Virus record (IMG/VR): IMGVR_UViG_3300037963_000465
Location: 1 to 34,184 of that record
Strand: one strand, 5' to 3'
Origin: a virus
Taxonomy: Duplodnaviria; Caudoviricetes
Length of the DNA: 34,184 bases
The notes under the pieces are model-generated. The model did no database searches, was not told where the DNA came from, and was given only the letters and a program-made list of their open reading frames with translations. Below, piece by piece: positions 6,719 through 14,674 of the stretch. The translations under genes were made by a program, and so were the position numbers. The stretch's first letter is position 1. Each line of letters begins with the position of its first letter.

Positions 6719-7157
6719 TTTTTTATTATTTTGTCCGACTATATTATTGGCACAAGATACTGAAGAATATTGTTTAGCTGAAACAGTTTATTTTGAAGCA
6801 CGTAATCAAGAACTACTAGGACAAATTGCTGTAGGTTTAGTAGCAATGAATCGTGTTAAAAGTAATTCTTTTCCTGATACTTTATGTGATGTAACTAGGC
6901 AAGCAAAACGTGATAGCTCTGGCCGCATTATAAAATATAAATGCCAGTTCAGTTATTACTGCGATGGTTTAGTAGAACATGTAGCTGAAGAAGAAGCTTG
7001 GTCAACAGCACAAATAGTTTCTAAAGTAGTAATAGAACAAAGCCATAAAGATATCACAGGTGGTGCTTTGTATTATCATTCTACAAAAGTAAGTCCTTAT
7101 TGGATGTCGGCTTTTCAAGAAACTGTACAAATTGGAGATCATATATTTTACAAATGA
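6687..7157 (+). CDS. SleB/Hydrolase_2 cell wall hydrolase with N-terminal hydrophobic segment (start uncertain; TTG 6687)
   Basis: CLAETVYFEARNQ, VAMNRV, CQFSYYCDG, GALYYH, PYW, IGDHIFY. Confidence 0.9.
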   Translation: MWKQTHLITVSFLLFCPTILLAQDTEEYCLAETVYFEARNQELLGQIAVGLVAMNRVKSNSFPDTLCDVTRQAKRDSSGRIIKYKCQFSYYCDGLVEHVAEEEAWSTAQIVSKVVIEQSHKDITGGALYYHSTKVSPYWMSAFQETVQIGDHIFYK

Positions 7158-7594
7158 ATAAATTATTAAACAAACTTATAAATGAAAAGCCAATACTTCA
7201 ATCACCTTTGCATGGGCTAACCCATTATCATAATGTATATAAAGCTGGGTTAGATATTGGCACACATTATAAAGCAGATCTTAAAGTAATTAAATATTTT
7301 TCTTACCTCCATGATTGTTGTAGACTTAATGAAGATACCGATCCTTTGCATGGTAAACGTGCTGCACAGTGGATACGTAATAATTTAGAATTTATACATT
7401 TAAACTCTTCACAAATTGAAGTACTTTTAAGAGCATGTGAGATGCATACCTATGCTAAACCCTACTATGAAGATACATATAATATTACAATTAAATGTTG
7501 TTTTGATGCAGATAGATCTGATATTGGTAGGGTAGGTTTAGAAGTAAATGCAGATTATTTATTTACAAATTATGCAAAGGAAAATTATGTCTAA
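7154..7594 (+). CDS. HD-domain phosphohydrolase
   Basis: HGLTH...LHDCCR...HGKRAA...MHT...DADRSDIGRVG; ATGA overlap supports start 7154. Confidence 0.88.
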   Translation: MNKLLNKLINEKPILQSPLHGLTHYHNVYKAGLDIGTHYKADLKVIKYFSYLHDCCRLNEDTDPLHGKRAAQWIRNNLEFIHLNSSQIEVLLRACEMHTYAKPYYEDTYNITIKCCFDADRSDIGRVGLEVNADYLFTNYAKENYV

Positions 7595-7916
7595 ACAACC
7601 AATAAAATCTGCTAAAGGAAAAGAGTATACTATTGAGGAAATTGAAAATAGTAAACGAATACTTAAAAGTGCAACACCTAAAGGTACATTAGACTGGTAT
7701 TTAAAATGGATAGGTAGTGTGATATTTATTGTGGCTGTTACAGTTCGCAGTACAGAAATACCAGAACTTAAAATTGTAGATTTAATTTTAAGTTTTATTG
7801 CTACAATTCTTTGGGCTGTTGTAGGTTTTTTATGGAAAGATAGGGCAGTAATGTTGATAAATGGTGTGGCTTGTGTTATACTTTTAACTGGATTACTTAA
7901 ACATTTATTTATGTAA
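7587..7916 (+). CDS. Three-TM membrane protein (DUF6552-like)
   Basis: LDWYLKWIGSVIFI...LWAVVGFLWKDRAVMLIN; AAGGA SD before 7587. Confidence 0.7.
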   Translation: MSKQPIKSAKGKEYTIEEIENSKRILKSATPKGTLDWYLKWIGSVIFIVAVTVRSTEIPELKIVDLILSFIATILWAVVGFLWKDRAVMLINGVACVILLTGLLKHLFM

Positions 7917-7925
7917 GGAAATATA

Positions 7926-8174
7926 ATGACAATTATTTACGGAGACTTTGGTAAAAAAGAAAATAGTTTATCTGGTAAACTTAGCACAGCACTTAAAGAA
8001 GTACCTAATGCAAACGATCAAAATATAGATCAAAGATTTTTATTAATTGTAGATACTGGTAAAGACTTTAAAATATTATCTGATGTTGAATTACCTGAGT
8101 TTAACGTAATGTTAGATATATGTAAGTTTACAGTTCTTCAACAGGCATATCAGTTTTTGGAGGAAAACAAATGA
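7926..8174 (+). CDS. Hypothetical protein
   Basis: TAAGGA SD; in operon. Confidence 0.75.
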   Translation: MTIIYGDFGKKENSLSGKLSTALKEVPNANDQNIDQRFLLIVDTGKDFKILSDVELPEFNVMLDICKFTVLQQAYQFLEENK

Positions 8175-8398
8175 GTATGCTACACCAAGAATTTTCTAGT
8201 TATGAAGAAATGGTAGAAGATTATGTTTGTCAGGCATTTGTTATGGGAATGGGAACAACAACACCAAATAAAAATGTGTTGACAAACTTTATCAGTTGGG
8301 TTATAATCCAACACAAGAAAGATGGTGAACAAATCACCGAACAGTACGTTAGGGACATGATCCCACAATATATTAACTTTTTATTTGCGAAAGCATAG
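8171..8398 (+). CDS. Hypothetical protein
   Basis: GGAGG SD, ATGA overlap. Confidence 0.75.
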   Translation: MSMLHQEFSSYEEMVEDYVCQAFVMGMGTTTPNKNVLTNFISWVIIQHKKDGEQITEQYVRDMIPQYINFLFAKA

Positions 8399-8409
8399 GA
8401 GAAATAATT

Positions 8410-8835
8410 ATGGCAGTAGTAGAAGGATTTGCTTATTGGCCTTTTGTAACAACACCCAATACTAAGTATACACCAGAGTATAGTGTTAACTTACTTGTTA
8501 CACCTGAAGTGGCTGATAGTTTTAGAAATCGTGGTTTTACTGTTAAAGAAATGGATGAAGGCCCCGCTTTAGTTATAAGACGTAAAGTAAATGGGCCTGA
8601 AGGCATGATAAGACAAGCACCTAAGTTGTTAGACCGTTCTAAAAATCCTATTGATGTAGCTGTAGGTAATGGGTCTAAAGTTAAAGTACAATATAAAGAA
8701 TGGGAAAGCACTTGGAATGGGCAGCAGTACAAAGGTTTAGACTTTCAAGCTATGCAAGTTATTGATTTAGTATCTTATGGTTCACCAGATGGTTCAGAAT
8801 TTGATATTGAAGATTCTGATGGAGATGAACTGTAA
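8410..8835 (+). CDS. Single-stranded DNA-binding protein (T7 gp2.5-like OB fold)
   Basis: VGNGSKVKVQY, LDFQAMQVIDLV, acidic tail EFDIEDSDGDEL; upstream of primase. Confidence 0.8.
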   Translation: MAVVEGFAYWPFVTTPNTKYTPEYSVNLLVTPEVADSFRNRGFTVKEMDEGPALVIRRKVNGPEGMIRQAPKLLDRSKNPIDVAVGNGSKVKVQYKEWESTWNGQQYKGLDFQAMQVIDLVSYGSPDGSEFDIEDSDGDEL

Positions 8836-9047
8836 TGAATATGACATATACTTATGAAGATAGTAAGTATGATGTCGCTAAACTTAGCGAAGAAGGACAG
8901 CAGGTATTTAAAATACTTGCTGTTGCTCAACGCAAAGCTGATGAACTTAACATTGATACTACATTAGCACAAGCAGCAGTAGTAGCAATGCATACAAAAA
9001 TGCAAGAATACCTAAGTGATAAGGCTTTAATAAAAGAGGATGAATAA
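8835..9047 (+). CDS. Small helical hypothetical protein
   Basis: TAATG overlaps on both sides. Confidence 0.75.
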   Translation: MNMTYTYEDSKYDVAKLSEEGQQVFKILAVAQRKADELNIDTTLAQAAVVAMHTKMQEYLSDKALIKEDE

Positions 9048-10699
9048 TGTCTTTTGTAAAACTAAATCAACCCTGCCCTTCTTGTGGGGGCAGCGATCCA
9101 GTTGCCATAAACGACAATGGATCAGCAAAATGTTTTAGTTGTGGTACATTTTTTAAAGATTATTCTGAAGCTTCTGGTGGAAACGTGTCTGATTTCTCCA
9201 CCTACCAGAGAAATAATAATAATAATAATTCCACAGAAGCTTCCTTTAATGCACTAACGGATCGTGGTATATCTATTGAGACAGCAAAAAAATATGGAGT
9301 AAAATCAGTGTTGTCTTCAAATGGTTCTATTTATGAACACCATTATCCGATGTATATAAATAACGAAGTTGTTGCAACCAAGATAAGAAGACCTAATAAA
9401 GAATTCTACTGGCGTGGATCAAGTAAAGGAACTGGCTTATTCGGTCAACAACTTTGTCAAGATGGCGGTAAATACATTACAATAACAGAAGGAGAGTGCG
9501 ATGCTATGGCTGCCTATCAATTGATGGGTAGTCAATGGCCTGTAGTCTCAGTTAAAAACGGTGCTGAAGGTGCAGTACGTGATGTAAAAGATAATTTAGA
9601 ATTTCTTGAGTCATACGATACTGTTGTTATTAATTTTGATAATGATAAAGTTGGTAGGGAAGCAGCAAAAAAAGTAGCACGTTTATTAAAACCTGCTAAA
9701 GCTAAGATACTTCAACTGCCTGAACAATTTAAAGACGCTAATGAAATGCTAAAGCTTGGTCAACATAAAGCTTATGTAGCTTCTTGGTGGGCATCAAAAA
9801 TATATACTCCCTCTGGAGTATTAAATATAACAGATCAACGTGATAATTATAAAAAGCGAGAAAGAAAAGAATCTGTGCCTTATCCTTGGCAGGGTCTTAA
9901 TGATAAATTAGAAGGCTTACGACAAGGAGAATTAGTTACATTAACAGGTGGCACAGGTCTTGGTAAGTCTAGTGTGACAAGAGAACTAGAGCATTGGTTA
10001 GTTACTAATACTAAAGATAATATAGGTATCATTGCACTTGAAGAAGATTGGCGTAGAACTATAGATGGTATTTTATCTATTGAAGCTAACGCTAAGTTAC
10101 ATATTGATAGTGTTCGTTCATCATATACAGATGAACAAATAGATGATATGTTTAATATTTTATACGATGGAGAAAATAAGAATCGTGTTTGGGTTCATGC
10201 TCACTTTGGTATGAATGATCTCGATAGTATCTTTAGTAAACTACGTTTTATGATTGTCGGTTGTGGATGTAAATGGATAGTAGTAGACCACTTACATATG
10301 TTAGTATCTTGTTCTGTTGAAGGTGATGAACGTAGAACAATAGATAATATAATGCACAGACTAAGAACTCTTGTTGAAGAAACAGGTGCAGGTTTAATTT
10401 TAGTGTCTCACTTACGTAGGATAGATGGTAATCGTGGACATGAGAATGGTATTGCTACAGGGCTTTCGCATTTAAGAGGCTCACAATCTATAGCTCAACT
10501 ATCTGACTGTGTAATTTCTTTAGAGAGAAATCAACAATCAGAAGATCCTTTAGAATCTAGTACAACAAAGGTACGTATATTAAAATCTAGGTATACAGGT
10601 GATGTTGGTTTAGCTACCAGCTTGTATTATGATAATAATACTGGTAGACTACAAGAAGTAGATATAGTAGATGGTGATGAAATTCAGGTAGAGTTATGA
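9047..10699 (+). CDS. T7 gp4-like primase-helicase
   Basis: CPSC...CFSC zinc finger, TOPRIM ITEGECDA and FDND, Walker A GGTGLGKS, VVDHLH, LRGSQSIAQLSD. Confidence 0.97.
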   Translation: MSFVKLNQPCPSCGGSDPVAINDNGSAKCFSCGTFFKDYSEASGGNVSDFSTYQRNNNNNNSTEASFNALTDRGISIETAKKYGVKSVLSSNGSIYEHHYPMYINNEVVATKIRRPNKEFYWRGSSKGTGLFGQQLCQDGGKYITITEGECDAMAAYQLMGSQWPVVSVKNGAEGAVRDVKDNLEFLESYDTVVINFDNDKVGREAAKKVARLLKPAKAKILQLPEQFKDANEMLKLGQHKAYVASWWASKIYTPSGVLNITDQRDNYKKRERKESVPYPWQGLNDKLEGLRQGELVTLTGGTGLGKSSVTRELEHWLVTNTKDNIGIIALEEDWRRTIDGILSIEANAKLHIDSVRSSYTDEQIDDMFNILYDGENKNRVWVHAHFGMNDLDSIFSKLRFMIVGCGCKWIVVDHLHMLVSCSVEGDERRTIDNIMHRLRTLVEETGAGLILVSHLRRIDGNRGHENGIATGLSHLRGSQSIAQLSDCVISLERNQQSEDPLESSTTKVRILKSRYTGDVGLATSLYYDNNTGRLQEVDIVDGDEIQVEL

Positions 10700-12450
10700 A
10701 AACATTAGTATTTGATATAGAAACAAACGGTATTGATCCCGATAAAATTTGGTGTATAGCTACTGTTGATGCTGATACAGGTGATCTTAAATCTTATGGG
10801 CCAGATAAATTAGTAGATGGAATACAATCTTTAAAATCTGCTGATAAATTAGTTGGTCATAATATAATTGGATATGACATTCCAGTTATCAAAAAACTAA
10901 TGGATGTAGATTTATCTAAATATGCTAAGATTGTAGATACTTTAGTTTTGTCTAGGTTATTTAATCCTGTACGTGAAGGTGGACATAGTTTAGAAAGTTG
11001 GGGTTATCGTGTTGGTCTACATAAAATTGAATTTGATCAATATGATTATTATTCTGAAGAGATGTTATTGTATTGTGAAACTGATACTGTACTTAACAAT
11101 AAAATATTTGATAGATTAAAATTAGAAGCTTCAGGTTTTAGTTCTCACGCTGTTGGTTTAGAACATTCTGCATCTAAAATTATGGCTGATCAAAGATCAC
11201 ATGGTTTTTTATTAGATGTTAAAAAAGCTACTATGCTTGTTGCGGCACTTTCTGAAAGACTACATGAAGTTGAAACTTTAGTACATGAAACTTTTCTACC
11301 ACGAAAGGTTAAGACAGTTTTAAAAGCTACATTTACTAAGTCTGGTGCATTATCTAAGATGGCAGCTATTCAAGGTAGTATAAAGAAAAGTCGTTTAACT
11401 TCAGAAGAGTATGATGAAATTTCAATTAAACGTAAAATAACTAGAATAAATGAGGAGCCTTTTAATTTAGGTTCACGTAAACAAATAGGTGAATATCTAA
11501 TTGATTTTGGTTGGAAGCCTAGTAAGTTTACACCAACTGGTCAACCTATTGTTGATGAAGGTACATTAAGTAAAATAAAAGATATTCCTGAAGCAAAATT
11601 AATTGCAGAGTATTTACTATTACAAAAACGTATTGCTCAGTTAACTTCATGGATAAAAGAAGTCCATAATGATAATAGAGTACGTGGATTTGTAAACCCT
11701 AATGGTACTATTACTGGACGCATGACACATAACAGTCCTAACATGGCACAATGCCCTAGTGTAAGATCACCTTACGGTAAGGAGTGTCGAGAATGTTGGA
11801 CAGTTCCCGAAGGATATAAATTAGTGGGCATAGATGCTAGTGGTTTAGAATTACGTATGCTTGCACACTATATGAATGATGAGGCATATACAAATGAAAT
11901 ATTGCATGGAGACATACACACGGCTAATCAAAAGCTTGCAGGGCTTGAATCAAGAGATCAGAGTAAAACATTCATCTATGCACTCATCTACGGAGCCGGA
12001 AATGCAAAACTTGGTTCGGTGGTTGGAGGAAACAAAGAAGATGGCGAAAGACTTAGAAGACGTTTCCTTGATAATCTTCCATCATTTAAAAATCTTAGAG
12101 ACAGAGTTGCAAGAGCGTCTACAAAAGGATACCTCAAAGGATTAGATGGTCGTAAAATATATGTACGTTCTGAACATGCCGCACTTAATACTTTATTACA
12201 AGGTGCAGGTGCTATAGTAATGAAGGAAGCCATGCGTATACTTTACGAAACTATACAAGAAAAACAATTAGACGCACATTTTGTTTGCAATGTACATGAT
12301 GAATGGCAAATAGAAGTACGAGAAGATATGGCTGATGCTGTTGGTATAGCTGGTATTGAATCAATTAAAAATGCTGGTGTTGCTTTAAACTTACGGTGTC
12401 CATTAACAGGAGAATATAATGTCGGATCAAATTGGGCTGAGACTCACTAA
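10696..12450 (+). CDS. polA: Family A DNA polymerase with 3'-5' exonuclease, Tyr762 type
   Basis: FDIETNG, GHNIIGYD; motif A DASGLELRMLAHY, motif B KTFIYALIYG, motif C VHDEWQ. Confidence 0.97.
   Translation: MKTLVFDIETNGIDPDKIWCIATVDADTGDLKSYGPDKLVDGIQSLKSADKLVGHNIIGYDIPVIKKLMDVDLSKYAKIVDTLVLSRLFNPVREGGHSLESWGYRVGLHKIEFDQYDYYSEEMLLYCETDTVLNNKIFDRLKLEASGFSSHAVGLEHSASKIMADQRSHGFLLDVKKATMLVAALSERLHEVETLVHETFLPRKVKTVLKATFTKSGALSKMAAIQGSIKKSRLTSEEYDEISIKRKITRINEEPFNLGSRKQIGEYLIDFGWKPSKFTPTGQPIVDEGTLSKIKDIPEAKLIAEYLLLQKRIAQLTSWIKEVHNDNRVRGFVNPNGTITGRMTHNSPNMAQCPSVRSPYGKECRECWTVPEGYKLVGIDASGLELRMLAHYMNDEAYTNEILHGDIHTANQKLAGLESRDQSKTFIYALIYGAGNAKLGSVVGGNKEDGERLRRRFLDNLPSFKNLRDRVARASTKGYLKGLDGRKIYVRSEHAALNTLLQGAGAIVMKEAMRILYETIQEKQLDAHFVCNVHDEWQIEVREDMADAVGIAGIESIKNAGVALNLRCPLTGEYNVGSNWAETH
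11894..12145 (+). CDS. Putative overprinted gene, +1 frame inside polA (83 aa, helical)
   Basis: GAGG 9 nt before ATG; polA Leu codons switch to CTT/CTC across the ORF. Confidence 0.55.
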   Translation: MKYCMETYTRLIKSLQGLNQEIRVKHSSMHSSTEPEMQNLVRWLEETKKMAKDLEDVSLIIFHHLKILETELQERLQKDTSKD

Positions 12451-12760
12451 AGAGTTATCAGATAATAGAAAAGGAGACTTCGCAGAATTTTATGCAGTCA
12501 CTTGGTTGTGGGATCAAGGCTTTGATGTATTTAAAAATTGTGGTTGTGATGGGCCAATTGATATGATTGCATGGAATAAAGAAAACCATGATTTTATTCT
12601 TGTAGATGTTAAAACAATGTCACATGATCCTAGATATAAAGATAAAACTAACTGTTCTAAAGGCATATCAAGAACTCCATTCCAGAAAAAAATAGGCGTT
12701 CAATTTTTAAAGTTTGATCCTTACACTAGAAAATTGGAATTTACGGAGCATAGAACATGA
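12419..12760 (+). CDS. Small PD-(D/E)XK nuclease (Hjc/YraN-like)
   Basis: KGDFAE...GFDVF...PIDMIA...LVDVKT. Confidence 0.8.
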   Translation: MSDQIGLRLTKELSDNRKGDFAEFYAVTWLWDQGFDVFKNCGCDGPIDMIAWNKENHDFILVDVKTMSHDPRYKDKTNCSKGISRTPFQKKIGVQFLKFDPYTRKLEFTEHRT

Positions 12761-13617
12761 CTTGTCTTAATACATTAGTAGATGACATAAACAAAAGTTT
12801 GGAAGATTTATCAGACGGTACACCCCTTAATATTTCTGAAGAAGATTTAGATCTTACTTTGTCACGAATAAAAACTGCTATACTTGAATGGTCTGATCCA
12901 TCAGAACGTAACTCTAATTTTAGTTTACGCATGTCTAACATTGGTAAACCTGCAAGACAGTTATGGTTTGAAAAAAATAAACCAATAGAAAATACTAGAC
13001 ATAGTGCAGCAACCCAAATTAAATTTCTTTATGGACATATACTTGAAGAGATTGTGTTAATGCTTGTACGTGCAGCAGGTCATACAGTAACCGATGAACA
13101 AAAGGAAGTGGAGCTAAATGGAATTAAAGGACACATGGATTGTAAAATTGATGGAGAAGTTGTTGATATTAAAACTGCATCTAAGTTTGCTTTTGCTAAA
13201 TTTAAGAATGGAAATCTACATGATGATGATCCGTTTGGGTATATACCGCAGTTGGCTGCGTATGAGAAAGCAGAAGACACATGTAAAGGTGGATTCTTAG
13301 TTATAAATAAAGAAGGTGGTGATCTTTGTTTACATAAACCTGATGATTTATCTAAGCCTAATATAAATACAGTAGTATCTAATATAACAAAAGCTTTAGA
13401 TTCTAAAATAATGCCGCCTGTTTGTTATGATCCTATACCTGAAGGTAAAAAAGGAAACATGAAGATACACAGAAATTGTGTTTACTGTCCGTATAAATTT
13501 GAATGTTTTAAAGATTCTAATAACGGTAAAGGTTTAAGAGTTTTTAAATATGCAAATAGACTAGAGTATTTAACTAAAATTAATGTTGAACCTCGTGTTG
13601 AAGAGATATTAAAATGA
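12757..13617 (+). CDS. Cas4/RecB-like PD-(D/E)XK exonuclease
   Basis: LRMSNIG..RQLW, YGHILE, GHMD...VVDIKT, QLAAY, CVYCPYKFEC. Confidence 0.85.
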   Translation: MTCLNTLVDDINKSLEDLSDGTPLNISEEDLDLTLSRIKTAILEWSDPSERNSNFSLRMSNIGKPARQLWFEKNKPIENTRHSAATQIKFLYGHILEEIVLMLVRAAGHTVTDEQKEVELNGIKGHMDCKIDGEVVDIKTASKFAFAKFKNGNLHDDDPFGYIPQLAAYEKAEDTCKGGFLVINKEGGDLCLHKPDDLSKPNINTVVSNITKALDSKIMPPVCYDPIPEGKKGNMKIHRNCVYCPYKFECFKDSNNGKGLRVFKYANRLEYLTKINVEPRVEEILK

Positions 13618-13928
13618 ATCAAAAACAAGCAACAGCCATTAGACATAGAGCTAATGAACTTTTTGTAGAGTGGTTACAAAGTTTACTTAATAAAGAAGAA
13701 GCTTCTAAAGTATCTATAGATAACTATTGGAAGTTTCTTCCTAAACAATCTCATGTGTTTGCTAATAATCAAATATGGTTAGCAGCATATAGTCCAAGAT
13801 GGGTAGCAAAAAAAATAAAAAAAATGCTACATAAAAATCCAGATTTAAATTTAAATTTGATAACTTTAAAAGATCTTAAAAAAGAAGATAAACAATGGAA
13901 ACAGAAAGAGAACCCGTCCCATCTTTAG
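13614..13928 (+). CDS. Hypothetical protein
   Basis: ATGA overlap, 104 aa. Confidence 0.75.
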   Translation: MNQKQATAIRHRANELFVEWLQSLLNKEEASKVSIDNYWKFLPKQSHVFANNQIWLAAYSPRWVAKKIKKMLHKNPDLNLNLITLKDLKKEDKQWKQKENPSHL

Positions 13929-14053
13929 AAATTCTTATTGTTTTATGTGCTGGTTATATTACAGCAGGTGAACCTTATAATGAACAACTATTAATGGACA
14001 TAAGAGAAAAATTAGATGAATACTTTATTGAACAACAAGGTACATTACATTGA
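13895..14053 (+). CDS. 52-aa protein ending in TLH (not in track)
   Basis: METEREPVPSLEILIVLCAGYITAGEPYNEQLLMDIREKLDEYFIEQQGTLH; fills the gap and its stop overlaps the next TTG. Confidence 0.65.
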   Translation: METEREPVPSLEILIVLCAGYITAGEPYNEQLLMDIREKLDEYFIEQQGTLH

Positions 14054-14526
14054 AACTTAAAATTAAAAGTGGCAATAGACGTAAACGTGTACCAAGGCCA
14101 AAAGAAAAAAATTTAATTGTAGGTTATGATTCTAATTGGGAATATGAATTACATTCTGGTATCTTTAATCAATGGTCTTTTCATACAGAAAAAATTCCAT
14201 ACACTGTAGAACATACATATCAACCAGACTTTGTAAAACAAATAGGTGATAAAACTATTTTCTTAGAAGCTAAAGGAAGATTTTGGGATCATAATGAATA
14301 CAACAAGTATGTGTGGATAGCTAAAGCATTACCGGAAGATACTGAGCTAGTATTTTTATTTGCTAATCCAGAAGCTCCGATGCCTCAAGCAACAAGAAGA
14401 AAAGATGGGACTAAAAGATCCCATTGTGAATGGGCATCTTCAAAAGGTTTTCGATGGTTTAGTGAAGATAGTATACCTGATGATTGGATAGATGTAACAA
14501 AACGAGGAAGTTTTGATGACGAGTGA
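14050..14526 (+). CDS. T7 endonuclease I-like resolvase
   Basis: YDSNWE, YTVEHTYQPDF, FLEAKGRF, WASSKGFRW. Confidence 0.9.
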   Translation: MKLKIKSGNRRKRVPRPKEKNLIVGYDSNWEYELHSGIFNQWSFHTEKIPYTVEHTYQPDFVKQIGDKTIFLEAKGRFWDHNEYNKYVWIAKALPEDTELVFLFANPEAPMPQATRRKDGTKRSHCEWASSKGFRWFSEDSIPDDWIDVTKRGSFDDE

Positions 14527-14674
14527 TAGAAAGCAAGAACGTATTGATAAATTTAATCGACATAAAAAAAAGAAAGAGCATACAAAATTTGCTGAAGGTA
14601 AATTCAAGGCTCCTAAAAAACGTAACAAATATAAACTAAACATTAACGACATAAATGATATTGAGGAGCATTAA
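14516..14674 (+). CDS. 52-aa basic protein (not in track)
   Basis: GAGGA SD; MTSDRKQERIDKFNRHKKKK...; TAATG coupling to nrdJ. Confidence 0.7.
   Translation: MTSDRKQERIDKFNRHKKKKEHTKFAEGKFKAPKKRNKYKLNINDINDIEEH

Noticed and set aside
9212-9229. (AAT)6 microsatellite
   Set aside because: In-frame poly-Asn in the primase linker; cannot cause phase variation.
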